Assembly: GCA_001662655.1 (NCBI GenBank)
Contig: KV460220.1
Source: Pseudogymnoascus verrucosus
Lineage: Eukaryota
Direction: 5' to 3' (one strand)
DNA: 64,000 nucleotides
How positions within the stretch are numbered: position 1 is the first letter of the stretch; the number at the start of each line of letters is the position of its first letter. A model generated the notes under the pieces. That model saw only the letters and a program-made list of their open reading frames with translations, was not told where the DNA came from and made no database searches. Below, one piece after another: positions 1-13,124 of the stretch. The translations under genes were made by a program, and so were the position numbers.

Positions 1-1705
1 GTGGCTGTCATCGTTCGCTGAGCTGGGACCAGATGGCCCTGGGGTCATTGGGAGTGCGGTTTGTGGAGCGTTATTGCGAAGGGACTCAATGTTCTTTGGC
101 ACAGCGGGATTGTGATTGAGAAAGGACCAGTCTTCTGGCTCTGCTAATGACTCGACGCTGGGCTGGACTCGTAGCTGATTGCTGTTAATTATATTGTCAC
201 TGTGCTTGATCGACGGAGAAGAATAGGTAAGTTTCTCATCATATACTTCCCTATCCCGGGATCTCACGTCGGATTCAGTCCAGTTGCTTGGGGATGAATG
301 GGTCTCGACGATTACCGGATTATCTTGTTCTGCCAGGTTAGCCAGTTCGGCTTCATCTGTATCATCCATGAAATATTCATCATGGGTGCTTTGCAGCCTC
401 GAAGAGGATCGGGAGGCATTCTTGAACCGAGCACTTGATTTGACGCCGTTGTCAGGAGATGTGGTCGCTTGATGTCGAGCATAGTTATGGACGTTCTCAT
501 GTTCCGCCATAATTTCCATCAAATCGTCATCAGCAACGCCGTCATCAAAATCATCGCTTCCATGCTCAGCAGGAAAATGGACGGAGGCCTTGTGAGGCAG
601 CGTACGAGGAGTTGGGAGTATATTGGGTAAGGCAAGATCGTCGATATTGAACTGAGCGAAATCTTCGTCGTCCAAACCTTCATCCCAACCTTCGCAAGAA
701 GCTTCATGCCTCCTGATATTTGATGAATTGTTCATTTCAGTACCGAAAGCGGAATCTCTGTAGATACTGGAACTGACTTCGAAAGATTCTGAATGGTCTT
801 GCTGCGGAATGCTGTTGCTAACACTACCATAATTTTTGACATAAGCTCGAGCTTCCGTGGAGCAAGAGAAATTGGCGCTTTCGGCAAAAAGATCGTCAAA
901 ATCATCTTCGGGCTCTCCCGAAGTAGCAAGTGCATGAGGTGTTTGGTGAGACACGTCTGCGTATACTTCATGCTCGACCGGCGACAGAGCGTCCTCGGGC
1001 GCTGGCAAAGTATAATTGTCATTTTTTCCATTCCTTATACTTTGCTCGTGGGCAAATAAGTGTGTCTCTAAATTCGCCGTGTCTGTGGGTCGGTTCAATG
1101 ACATGGCCTGGTCCAAGGTAGCTTGGTCCAATTCCGCATTGACAGCAGGTGTTTTGAACCTAAACGCGGCCAGTTTTTCCAGGGTGGTTTGCCCGAGCCC
1201 AATATGCCCAGCCTGAGCAATCTTGTCAAGTGTAGAAGGTGCATTTATTGTGAATTCTGTGCTCTTCTTGAGATGTGCCTCGTCATATGGTCGTTGTGCA
1301 TTTGGTTTGCTGATGCTTGTGTTGGGGAAAACTTTGGTCTGCTTTGACAGAGCTGAGTTCGTTCTTCGCGAGGCAGATTTCTTCGCACCATGCGGCAAGG
1401 ATGGCTGTGATAAATTGTGCTTGTCGGGTGTAGGTATATATGCGAATCTTTTTGAAAGCGGGCTATCGTCTTTACGCCGTGGTTTCTTCATATGGACCGC
1501 AGGCGCGCTTTTGTTTCGAGTAGAGACCGTTGACTGCCGCTTTCGTTTTTGGGGAAGTTGAGAAACAGGCAATGGATCATCGTCCTGAGGGATATCGTAA
1601 AGTGCATCGCTATTCTTTCCCCAGCCCGATTGCACAGGCTGGTTGACGGGGGTGAACGATGGCGCTCGATAAGAGGGAGGTGAGCCATCAGGCTCCAAAT
1701 ACCTA
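1..1705 (-). CDS. Ser/Pro/Asp-rich hypothetical protein, runs off the left edge (partial; 5' exon(s) upstream not resolved)
   Basis: Minus frame with codons starting at multiples of 3 reads YLEPDGSPPSYRAPSFTPVNQ...KKPRRKDDSPLSKRF at ~1700-1440 and TALPMTPGPSGPSSANDDSH at 60-1 (middle not checked codon by codon). Probable acceptor ...GGTTTAG near 1705. Absent from the ORF track, as expected for a frame with no stop in the window. Confidence 0.6.
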
Positions 1706-2561
1706 AACCGCCATTAATATTATGCGGTAGTATTTGGCAGAATAGAGCCTCAACCCATTCAACTGGCGGTCATTTTCAAGGGAAGTTGGAGTTCTGACAG
1801 CTGTCTCATCCCATCCATGGTACCTTGATGGCATTGTCAAGTCAACTTTTCATGGGGGTACTTGGGCAATGAAGCTTCAATATTATACACACAAGGTTAA
1901 ATAAATTCAACAATTGCGAATCCTACGACTTTTACGCCGTGAATCATACAATAATACAGTTGTGATGTGCTCTGGAAAGTTTAATGATTGGAACTTGACG
2001 TCGGAGATGCTAGGTCAGGGCGAAGCTACCCCGCTACAGCCTAGGACTGGTCTAGCCTATTTGGGCCTTATCGATCGACATCCCAGCAGGGTGACGACTT
2101 AGTGCGGGGTGTATGTGATGCGCGAGATACGTGCCGGAACCTTAACACAAAGTCGCCGGTAGTTATAATCAATAGCCTTCATCTCAAACACCTCCTGCAT
2201 CGGACCGAGGGAGGATCCTTGTTAGCTGTGCGGCAATTATCCAAGTGGCACGTTACCACGGCTCATAAACAAGGGTTCATTGCCCCTTCCGATATAGCAA
2301 GACGATAGTGGCGGAGAGCATATCGATCAAAGAACAACAACCGCATCACCTCACAGGTACCACCACTACCGTCTCTATCTTCTCTGCGTCTCGAGCTGTG
2401 TTTGAAATCCTGAAAAGCAGCGTTATATTGCTCGTTTTACCGCAGTGGTTAGTAAAGTCCGACTGTGCATGCTGAGGGGGTCAACCCACGTGCTTTGTTT
2501 GAAGCTCGAATTGGGCCCGGCTAATCTTTAACAAGCGTTAGATACTACATTATTATCGACA

Positions 2562-4213
2562 ATGTTTAGCTCTGTAAGCTCATCCCTTTTCATTGGAATA
2601 CAGATGACGTGATGGAGGACTCTACGACGGTAGACGCGTGGACGCGGGGTTTTCAGATATGCCATCTGCCCCGCGGGATCTCCTATATCTAGTGATACCT
2701 ACGGCCACGCGGTAGACTGAAGTATGAAGAGTCATGTACAATAGTATGGTTCTGACAAGAAACGCTGCCTGTAGAAAAAACCATACTCCTCGGTTACGGT
2801 CGCCATCGAGCGCCTCACAAGTGAGCAGTTCGAGGAGGATGACCTGAGCGGGATCCCGGATCTGGTTGAAGCAATTGGGCTGCAAGCAACAGGACCTGCG
2901 GAAGCCGCGCGAGCCATCCGGAAGAAACTAAAGTATGGCAACGTCCATCGCCAACTCCGAGCACTTACCATCCTTGATGGCCTCATGCAAAATGCAGGGT
3001 CCCGGTTTCAGCGAGCGTTTGTCGACGAACCTCTCCTTGAGAGATTAAGAGTTTGTGCGACCTCGCCCATGTCAGAGAAAGAAGTACGGGCTAGATGCCA
3101 GGTTTTATTCGCTGGTTGGGGGCAGACTTATAAGAGCACGCCCGGACTGGAACGGATTGCTCGCCTTAACAAGGTACAGCACACATCGACATTTTGGCAA
3201 CCGTGGTGCTGACATAACAAAGGAACTTCCAAAACGGAAACAGGTAGTCACTCAAGATAGATCCAAAGTGCTAAAGGAAACTGAGCGGGACCCATTCGAA
3301 GATGAAGAGGATGAAGAGGCTCAGCAAGCTGCCAGCCGTTCCACAGCTCCTTCACCGACTCCCGGAGCGGCACCCAAGAGCCATAAATCCAAGCCAAGCA
3401 GCTCTGGTATCAGCAGCAGCCTATTTGGATCAACAACACCAACAAAGCCGAAGAAGTCGAAGAAGGGGTCGAAGAGCAAGAGCGGACCTTTTAACCTCGA
3501 GGCAGAGAAAGCCAACATGAAAACCAACATTGCTGAGTCCTCAGTTGCTTCTATCAACCTCCTCAACGCCTTGCAGAGGATTAATCGAGAGGAGGAACGT
3601 GTCTCGGAGAACCAAGCTTGCGTTGCTCAATTTGAGCGCTGCAAGTTACTCCGAAGGCACATTCTTCGCTATGTAAGTAACCTCTCCTTGTACTGACTTG
3701 ATTGCTCATAATATGTGAAGATTCAAAATATCGAAGCCGAAGAATGGCTTGGAGCTCTCATCCAAGCCAACGACCAACTCGTCACCGCGCTCATGACATT
3801 TGAGCAGCTGGATAGCTCCATCGATGCAGACAGTGACTCCGATGACGAACTCGCTGAGCAAGCACATGCGTACCGAAGTAAGCAATCTGTGCTGGATACA
3901 TTGAACTGCGCTGACAGATTTTCAAAGTGCTCCAAGAAAAGGGGAAAGCTGTCGACGGGGCAGCCGCGGAACTTGCTGGTTTAAAACTTAGCCTAGCTTC
4001 CGCAGCCCCTGCACCTGTGGCACCCCCTCGCCCTGCCGCACCACCAGTTGTGGATAACTATGATTCCGTTGAGGAAGAAGACGATGATAACCCTTTCGGA
4101 GATGCAAATGCATTGGAGAGTCCTGCTCTCGAGAGAGATGAGCCGAAGTGGTAAGAATATCCATGTCCAAGTTATGGATAGTGCTGATAAGTCTCCATAG
4201 GAGGTCAGTGTAG
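2562..4213 (+). CDS. LSB5: VHS/GAT-domain endocytic adaptor (Lsb5-like), multi-exon
   Basis: Exon 1 ATG TTT AGC TCT|gtaagc (2562-2573) splices to KKPYSSVTVAIERLTSEQFEEDD...AARAIRKKLKYGNVHRQLRALTILDGL (VHS). GAT-like INLLNALQRINREEE...WLGALIQANDQLVTAL, NPF motif (DDDNPFGD), last micro-exon W-R-S-V-TAG ending 4213. Confidence 0.85.
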
Positions 4214-5563
4214 TTGGTGGATTCTTTTAATGCTGGTAGAGCGGAGGATGATGTTATTTGTGGTGCGGATACCATCGTTCTTGATGCGTGACAATTCGTT
4301 TGGCATGGGTCGATATCTGATGGTAACAGCGGATTGTTATTAGCGTAACATAGAGCTTGAACCTGGCAATTATGCCGAATACATGTTTATCTTTTGGTTA
4401 TCTACGCTTCTCGCCTCTGTGCAGTTCCTATTCCCAAGCTTCCACCCTTCAGTCACTCACCCCAATTCCCACCACTTCAATCACTCACCCCCAACCCCCA
4501 CCCACCAGCAATCCGGAACCAACGCTTATATACCCCAATAGCCCCATCACCCTCGACCCCAAGAAGCCTCATGGCGGATATGGGAACGTCTGCCTGCGGA
4601 ACAGCAAGTGCTCGGTTCGAACGCAGCTCGAGACGATAAGTAAAATCCAAAAAATGGGTTTTCTTAAGATCTGAATACACAAGTGTATATTCAGATATTT
4701 CTTTTTGCATTTTTTTCGTCATTTATTGTATTATTCAGGCTGTCTGAATCGCTACGAAGGGAGAGTGAAAACGACCTCTTGAAGATTCATTGTATTTACG
4801 ACTGTTCTACTGCCAATTGGGGTCATTTCATTCACTATATTATTGTAGGCAGATAACAGGAGTAAGACTACCTTGATTAACGTGATTAACTGGAGCATGC
4901 ATATGAATATTGTGCGAGACGGGATCGATGGTGGAAAGAAGGGGTTGGCCAAGAGGGAGCTGGATGATATAATATTAGCCTGCCGAGCCAGATGCCGTAG
5001 AAACCTGAATTTCAAAAGGCTTTACAAGAAGACTTACATAATAAAGACCGAATTCAATTTCTGAGTCGAGCATCCAAGCGTTAGTCTCGCAGTAGATATG
5101 AAGTGGATGTAACGTGAACCATGTGTTTCTCAGTGCAGCTCTCATTTCTTGCCACCTCCCCGGTTTCTCACCAACTCCCAGTCTCTTCTCATCACATCAC
5201 CTCGTTTTTTACCACCCATCTCTTTGATCCCGTCGTCCCTTCTTATCACCGCGTCTTGCTCCACCCTGCTAAAGTTTGACGCATCTGATACTTGCTTCAC
5301 CACAACCACAATACTCTCTCCACGAGGAGTCTTCACGCGGCAACCCTAACTGGTTCACTGCTAACAAAGCAACAGTTGATTCGACCCCACTGACCATTAC
5401 CAAAGGAAAAATACAGGCGTTTATTTAAGGGGCACATCGCATTCTCTACGCAATCGGTCCTTGCATGTTATGTGGTGACGGCCAACTCTATTCTGCCCTT
5501 GATATTGTAATAGGAATAGCAAGTGTTTACTGCCATATTTTATCCGTATGCTAAGACCCAATC

Positions 5564-6574
5564 TTACAATCCGCTGTCGGGGGTCTCCTTTGGTTGATTG
5601 GTATCATTCACCTGCGTCTCATCCGCTTCATACAGGCGAATTATTTCCCCCAAGGCCTCTTCCTTTACCTGTTCTTCCCTCTCATCCTTCATGAACATTT
5701 CCCTTTGCTTCATAGCATTGACCGCCCTATCCATTGCACCAGGATCAAACCTCGACCTGCCTGCCTCATCTTCACGCGCAACCTCAACAAACTGCCAACT
5801 CTCTAAAACATTCGTTGCCCCATCCCAAATAAATCTTCCCGACGTATAGAACCCAACAGCTGCCATCGCTACGCCCGCTGTATTGCAGCCGACCACCAAC
5901 CAAGAGCTACAATCTATTTTGCCTTCAAGTCCCCAGCACTCATGAGCCACATCACGTAGGGCGAATATCCCGACAAAGTGAAATGCTATGTAGTCGATGG
6001 AGGTGAAGATGACACAGCAAAAAGCGCATATTTTGTACTTGAACTGCTGTCTCGCTGCGCGGAGAGAGTTGTGCTCTGTTGGAAAATCCAAGTTTGAGAC
6101 GACCGAAAGGAGCAGGGAGGCTGTGCTGATGAAGACCCGTAGATATGCGACTTGGAAGAACTTGGTGAGAAAGGAGGTTATGGCGACCGTTACCATGTAA
6201 GAAATCTCGGAGGAGGAGAGTTTGTCTGTTGCCCAGTGTGCGGTAGAGACCAATTTATCCAAGCTCTCTCGTGTGAGAATAGAGAGACCCGAGCTGAGGA
6301 GTTCAGATGCTGATGGAGGTTTGATACTGGTTGCTCGTGACAACAATAACAAAAAGTACTCCAGAACGTCAATGATGATCGGTCTCAACTTGATAGGTGA
6401 GAGAATGACAAAAATAGAATCGTTGTGGATGCTTGCGACAAACGACGTGCTCGGTGAAGCGTAAACTTGATGTAACAGCAGCATCGCAAACAGAGCGACT
6501 AGCGCAGCGTACAGCATGAGGCCCATATTCGATGAACATAGAGCCACACGCTGTTCTGAGCGTCTGGCGTTCAT
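5564..6574 (-). CDS. Hypothetical membrane protein (336 aa)
   Basis: Uninterrupted ORF with several hydrophobic segments and an acidic C-terminus; no recognisable family motif. Confidence 0.6.
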   Translation of the reverse strand: MNARRSEQRVALCSSNMGLMLYAALVALFAMLLLHQVYASPSTSFVASIHNDSIFVILSPIKLRPIIIDVLEYFLLLLSRATSIKPPSASELLSSGLSILTRESLDKLVSTAHWATDKLSSSEISYMVTVAITSFLTKFFQVAYLRVFISTASLLLSVVSNLDFPTEHNSLRAARQQFKYKICAFCCVIFTSIDYIAFHFVGIFALRDVAHECWGLEGKIDCSSWLVVGCNTAGVAMAAVGFYTSGRFIWDGATNVLESWQFVEVAREDEAGRSRFDPGAMDRAVNAMKQREMFMKDEREEQVKEEALGEIIRLYEADETQVNDTNQPKETPDSGL

Positions 6575-7042
6575 GTTAGGTCAGGCTGACTGATAATGTA
6601 ACATGAGATCGCAGACTGAAGGCTAGGTTGTGCCCATTGAGTGAGTGGCTGTGTAGATGGATGTAGAGTTGTTGAATGAAACACACGCATGTGGTTATCT
6701 GTTGTAGCGGGTAATGGGTATAGACAAGTTTGGATAGGCTCATCGTCTGGAAATCTTGTCGGTGAAATCACACTCACAGGTTCTATAATACTGTAGTACA
6801 CCTATGTTTGATTGTAGACAGGCGGGCAACCTCGACAACTTCGGCTAGACTATTTTGGTGTTTGAGAAGTAATCAGATTATATTTGGTAAATTAAGCCAT
6901 CCCTGCCAGCCAGACCAGAAACTAAGCACCAACACCCCACCAAATTGAGAACGAAAGCTATCATGGGTATTAAAATCGCCAAACCGCCCCAGCTCTGCAT
7001 ATAGCAACTGCATGTTCCTTACGCACCCTCCACTTGATCCGT

Positions 7043-10000
7043 TTACATGTCATTTGCTTCTTTCAGGTGCATTTTCCGCTTCAAGCATCTGATTTTGCCA
7101 TGTTTTTTAAGAGTACGCTTATAATCACCAGATTGTACCTGGCTCATGACTCCAATGTCATCCTCTTCAGTCCAGACTCCAGGTACATCTTTCGGGACTT
7201 CCAATCCATTCGCATAATCTAAAAGAAGTTTTCCCGCAAGTTCAGTATCTAGTGTGGTAATCTTCATCATTCGGAGAATAATTTCGAAGTCGAACCCCTG
7301 CGCCGTGGAACGATCGAAAAACTCGTCTATCACTTTGAGTTGTGAAGCGGTCAGTGATTGCGTTGCCTCTTCGTCATTGCTGTTCTGAGAGAGTGGTGAA
7401 TCATTCTGAGATTGCGTTGCATCTTCGTCATCGTTGTTCTGAGAGGGAGGTGTATGATCTATATTGGCTTCGAAAAGAACTTGGCGCGATGGAGAAGAAT
7501 CGAGTTCCTTCGATGGAGATGGTGGGGGAAAATATTCAATATTAGTTTCGAAGAGGTTCTTGTTTTGAGCATTTGAGTGGTCTGGTAATTTTCCGTCGAC
7601 GTTCAGGTGGCTATTATAGATATGTTCCGGTGTTGAAGGGATTTCATCTGCCCTCTCTTTGCCTTTCGAGATCCGTGGTCGCTTGCTGTGATTGTAGCTG
7701 GAAGTAGGCCTCGATTCCACAACTGGAGATACGTCGTCCTGATCATGAAGCCGCTTTTGCCTTTCGCGACCAGCAGTCCGGAAAGTTAAGGAAGTAGACT
7801 CCAGATGGCCATCGCTGCTTTCCACGATTTCTTCTTCCATGACTTCTTCTTNNNNNNNNNNNNNNNNNNNNNNNNNNNNNNNNNNNNNNNNNNNNNNNNN
7901 NNNNNNNNNNNNNNNNNNNNNNNNNNNNNNNNNNNNNNNNNNNNNNNNNNNNNNNNNNNNNNNNNNNNNNNNNNNNNNNNNNNNNNNNNNNNNNNNNNNN
8001 NNNNNNNNNNCTTCTTCTTCCATGACTTCTTCCATGACTTCTTCTTCCATAACTTCTTCTTCCATGACTTCTTCTTCCACGGCTTCTTCTTCCACGACTT
8101 CTTCATCTTCAGATTGCCCCTGCTCCTCAGGTTGTTGGCGCAGAGCTTCCTCTTCCCTTATTTTTTCCTGTTCTCTCTGAATGAAAAATTCATAGAAATC
8201 CATTAGAAAATCTTCACATATCTGCCGGAGCTCATCAGAGGCACTGGGGTGCATCGAGACTTCGAAACCCAATTGCGTCGCAAGGTCGTCCCAAACTTCT
8301 CTGCTTTCGATATCGTCAAAACGGGCAAGCAGCGGGAGAGAAGCGGTCCACACATCGAATAGGCGGATTTTACGCTTGGAAACAATAGGCTCAAAGGTAA
8401 CGGGATCGGGCAAACAGTCCCTAGCAAATTCACTTATGCTTTGCAAAAATGCCAATTCTCCGTGGCCTAGTGATTGTCGGATCCTCCGGGTTGCTGCGTC
8501 CTTATTTGTTGATTCTTGAGGTGGAACCGTAGCTTGCCGCAAGGTTTTTGGGATGTTCACACCACTTGCGAGAATATGAGCTTGTTCAGGGGTTTGCCTT
8601 GGAATAGCTGTCACTGGCGTGATTGGCTCCGTAGATTCTGTGAGAGAGGCACGTCCTTTCGTCTCGCCATCTTTCCGCGCAGAACTATACGCGTGAGTTT
8701 GTTCAGAAGCCTGGGTTGAAATAGTTGTCACTGGCGTAACTGGTTCCGTGGATTTTGTGGGAAATGAGCGCCGTTTCCCGCGGGTTTTCCCTGCAGATAT
8801 ATGGGTGTCGAGATCAACAAGCTTGTCGCGATACTTCTGTTTTAGAGCCGTGTGTGCCATTTCATCCCTGTAAGTATTGATTCCTAGCTTTAAGGCAACC
8901 TGCAACCATCTATCTGATTCCTCGACTTTTTGAAACCCTCCAAACTCCGGCTTGTTGACTACACTCCAGAGATCATATAATTCGAAATTGCGTCCATATA
9001 GGCTGAAAGAAGGTTCAATCTCGCATCCGATGGCGCCTGACAATTCTCTCAAGTTCGCCAAGAATTTTGATTTATCGGCAGAGGCGCTAATTTTAGACCG
9101 ATCTTTTGAAGTCGCAGATTCTGGGGACTTGCTTACAATGGCCCCCTCCTCGCCTAGTCCCCGGCGATGCGTTTGTTTCCCACTCTCTGTATGGGACCTT
9201 GAAGATGCAGGTGCGCGAACTGGGGTTGTGTAGGTTTTAGAAGTAGAGTCTGGTCCCTGATTGGGCTTGGGCTTAACTGATATAGCATCTTTGCCCTTAC
9301 CTTCTCGTAATTTGCGTGGATGGAAATCTTCGCAGTAATATCTGGACCAGTCACCTGCTGTGTGCCTTGTGTACTGCGCCATCATTAGCCAGTCATGTAT
9401 TTTGTGGCATAGAGCAGCAGGAATGGCGGGCAAGATCACTTACTTTTTTGGCAAACGCTTCCCAAGCGACGACCCAATCCCCCATGGGAATTTTGATAAT
9501 GTCAGGATGCTCCCTTTCTAGGATTTCAATGTCTTCCTCTGTGAAAGGAACATCCTTTGATGGGGCCTCTATGAGTGGGGCTTCGTCTTCGAGGGAGTAA
9601 GAAGCGGCAAGCAAGGTGGGACTGGGCGGCACCAGAGATCTTCCTGCACCTGAAGCACTAGGTGTAGTTCCGACGTTTTTGGACTGAGTTGCAGGTGGAA
9701 TCACCCGGCGCGGCCTGTCTCCCTTGATTTTCACCGGCCAGTCTGTACTGCTCATGTCTATCTCTGGTCGAGGTTGGTGAGAGAGTTGCTTTATCCAATG
9801 GTCACGCCATGATTGTGCAGTATGCCGAGGATTCTATGAAGCATTTAGCTAGGCTGCTACTGATTCCGACGCGAAAACTTACCTTCTCTGCAAACTGCTC
9901 ATAGATCTCATTTCCTCTGGCAGCAAAGCCGAGTTTTTCAGCTTTGGCAACCCAAATACTAATGGCCATGCTATCTTCGTGTGTGAAAGGCGTTCGGGTC

Positions 10001-10366
10001 AATTTCTGTGGTCCTCCTGCAAGCCTAGTTTTGCTAGGGGAGTTTATTCGATGAGCCTCTAAATCCTCTAGCTCCCCCTTTTCCACACTCTGCTTCAGGT
10101 ATTTCCACGAGACAGAACCTGCAGGTGCAAGCTTAGGCTTTGCGTCATCCGCAACCAGCACGTCTGCATTCTTTTCCAGCGGAACCACGAAGCCCCCATT
10201 GCGCTTTGTAAAGTTAGTGGCGGTTTCTATTTCCGGGAAATGGCAGATTTACCTTTACATTGTCAATTAATTCAGCCCGCAGCGGAACGCGCTGCGAAAT
10301 GAAGAACTTCTGTCCCTGGAATAAGTCACCACCTCCTGCGACGCCCTCGTAGACGGCTCCAGCCAT
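7043..10366 (-). CDS. RAP1: Rap1-like telomeric/transcription factor: N-terminal BRCT, Myb-like domain(s), two ARID-like domains, Rap1 C-terminal domain; multi-exon, spans an assembly gap
   Basis: MAGAVYEGV...LFQGQKFFISQRVPLR and VPLEKNADVLVADDA...SVSWKYLKQSVEKG (BRCT); RTPFTHED...GNEIYEQFAEK (Rap1 Myb); LYDLWSVV...FGGFQKV...WLQVALKLG and LFDVW...WDDLATQLG (ARID-like); PKDVPGVWTEEDD...KHG (Rap1_C). Confidence 0.8.
7820..8108 (-). repeat. 15-bp coding minisatellite (EEEVM-type units) containing an assembly gap of 159 N (7852-8010)
   Basis: Repeated CTTCTTCCATGACTT units on both sides of the N run; translation EEVVEEEAVEEEVMEEEVMEEEVM...EEVMEEEIVE. Confidence 0.9.
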
Positions 10367-11031
10367 ATGGAACGGCCTTTGGAGTTGTGAACCCAAGAGA
10401 AGCGTCCAACTAAATCGTTATGGGGGGTTTATTAACCAGGCCTGACCTAGCCTTCAACTGGTGGATAACGTTGGGCTGTTTTAGAGCGTTTGGGGAGAAG
10501 TACAAGGGAGAAACCAGGTGATGTCCAGCTGAAACCAGAATAAAGAACGGCTTGCCAACCTAATACATGATTATCCAGCAAGGGAGACTGTGCATGATTT
10601 GAGCACAGAATAGTAGGCGGATTGGAAATCACACGTGTTGAGGTGTCTGAATAGGTTGTCTGGCTGTCTGGCTGTCTGACATATGTTGTCGTAGTTGTGA
10701 ACGACTACTTACTTTATCTCCATACTTTTTGATTCCTGGCGTTGTTTCGCGCGACGAATAACACGTAATCACGTGACACCGAACACTCTCGTTTACCAGA
10801 TCCCTTTGGCTTCGATCCGGGGTCCAAGGACACCACAGGAATGCTTGTTCAGTTGGTCAGTCTCGTTGCAACGTTTATCGGTTTGGATACCAAGAAACTA
10901 TATTGAATGGTTTTACTTTTTTGAGATTCTATTTGTCGACATTATGATTCCAGCTTGAGTAACCACTCGGACACTGGTCAGGACTCTTGGACAATCCCGC
11001 AGTCCCGCAGTCCCGCCGGGCACCCTTCAAG

Positions 11032-12651
11032 ATGGGTTTGGTGAAGAGTGTGATTTGTCTGGTGCTTTTCATATCATTTATGACATTTGTTTTGTTCTTT
11101 GGAAGACTACCAGCCTTAAGGTATGCATGAATTGGAGAGACCTCCAATATGTCCAAAAGCTCATCAGGAACCAGGAGAACGCCCATCGGTGCCTTGCATC
11201 GACTTTTCATGATACATATTCCCAGATTTCTGTTCTCTCTGGATCAAAAAATCAGCAATGGGCGTGTGTATGCCTCAGGTGCGGAGACGCTGCGGTTTGT
11301 TATGAACGAGCGGCACCCGACAGTTCTTGTAAGTTGGGAATTTGAGTGGTTGGCGCTACATGCGCAACGAAGCTTTTTGTTGTTCAATCCCCTGTTCCTT
11401 TAACTGCCGCATTTGGGATATTCTATCTTCTTTAAAAGTCCTTATTGTTTAGTCGACAAGCGCAAGGGCTATGCTGTCACTTACTATGAGCTTTCGTCGC
11501 TCAAGTAACCTTGTTGCACCACAATGGAGGACATGTTACTCTTTCCTATCGTTATAAATCGTGTCAGATTAAGGCATATAACCTAAACATGAAGACCGCG
11601 TAGCTAACGATCGGATTATCAACCCATATGCGCGTTGTATCTTCGTACCAACGATTCTATATTTTCAAGTTCTCGAAACCATGCTAACTTTGATTAGATC
11701 TTGTTCATTCTCCTGCTCTCCGTCTCAGAATACCTCTACCTACCCTTTGTCTTTCCCGCCCAAACTACCGCCACCCAAGCAGTAATTATTCCAATCACCC
11801 TCATGCCCTACATATTCCTTTACCTTGCTGCGTACTCGGACCCTGGCTTCATCACCAATGCCACCCACGCAACCGACATGCGCCTCTACCCCTACGACCA
11901 TGTTAACTTCCACCCATCCGCCATATGCAGCACCTGCGACTTCATCAAACCGCCTCGCTCAAAGCACTGCGCCCTCTGCAAGCACTGTGTGTCACGGTCA
12001 GACCATCACTGTATATTCATCAACAACTGCGTTGGCTACGGCAACACACATTGGTTCATCCTCCTCCTCCTCTCCACCACCCTCCTGACCGCCGCCGGCG
12101 GCTACCTGGGCGTGATATACATCAGCGATATCATCAAGGCGCGGTATAGCTCTTTTACTATCCGCGGAACGGGGTACACGTGGCGCGATTATGCGAATTT
12201 CTGGCTCTGGGGAATACACGTTAAACCTGGTGCTGGCGGTGTCACGCTCCTGTGTGTATTGAGTACCGCGTTAATTGCTGCATTGGCCGCATACACGCTA
12301 TATCAGGTTTGGGCGGGCGTTACAACGAACGAGAGCGGGAAGTGGGATAACACGAGTTGCGATATTGAGGAGGAGTCCCTGTATATGCGAACTCTTGACG
12401 AACATAGACCGCGAGATCCCGGTGTTGAACCGCGTGTAAAGTGGCCAGTGCAACCAAAGCTCATCAGCATGAGCTGTGAAACCAAGCCGCCGAGTAATGC
12501 GAAGAGTCTACAGGGACAGGGATACGGGGAGTGGGTGCGTGTGGAGAGTTTGCATGACTTGGAGAATGTCTATGATATCGGATTCTGGCGCAATATTGTG
12601 GACCTGTTTCTTCCGCGCTCAGCTTGTGAAACTCGATACGCTGAAGATTAG
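11032..12651 (+). CDS. SWF1: DHHC palmitoyltransferase Swf1, multi-exon
   Basis: N-terminus MGLVKSVICLVLFISFMTFVLFFGRLPAL then RTPIGALHRL...ERHPTVL is typical of fungal Swf1. Cys-rich domain CSTCDFIKPPRSKHCALCKHCVSRSDHHCIFINNCVG; TTNE motif; ENVYDIGFWRN. Confidence 0.9.
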
Positions 12652-13124
12652 GACGGCATTTCCAATGCCAAGAAGTTGGGAACTTGGAGCTGCAGTATAT
12701 AGGAGCAGTCGGCCAGTGATAGGTGGGGGCCACGAAGATAATGTATGGCGGGGAAAATTACAATGCGGCGAATTTTCGTACTTTTTAGATAGAAAGGATA
12801 CCACTGTTGGCGATGTTTGTGAATGCAATGCCATGTTTTGAAAGAGTTTTATTTAGAATCCTGCATTGAAAAAATGCCATATCAAAGTACGAAAACACTA
12901 AATATTGATATGTATGATATACGCCCTTTCTAGCCATACTGATACATAGTCACAGCCAGCTATGATCCCTTTTCCTGTATATCAGGTTCCCACATTGCCA
13001 GTTTGTAACCCTCGAAAGCCCATCCATCAGTATCTATTTAAAGCAACCGCGCCCCGAAAAGACCTGAGATTTAACCCGCTGGTACCAAAACAAACCTAGA
13101 GATATAAGCAACTAATTTCGAACA

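Noticed and set aside
4357..5349. Short ORFs between LSB5 and the 336-aa gene
   Set aside because: No coherent gene model or motif; low-complexity sequence.
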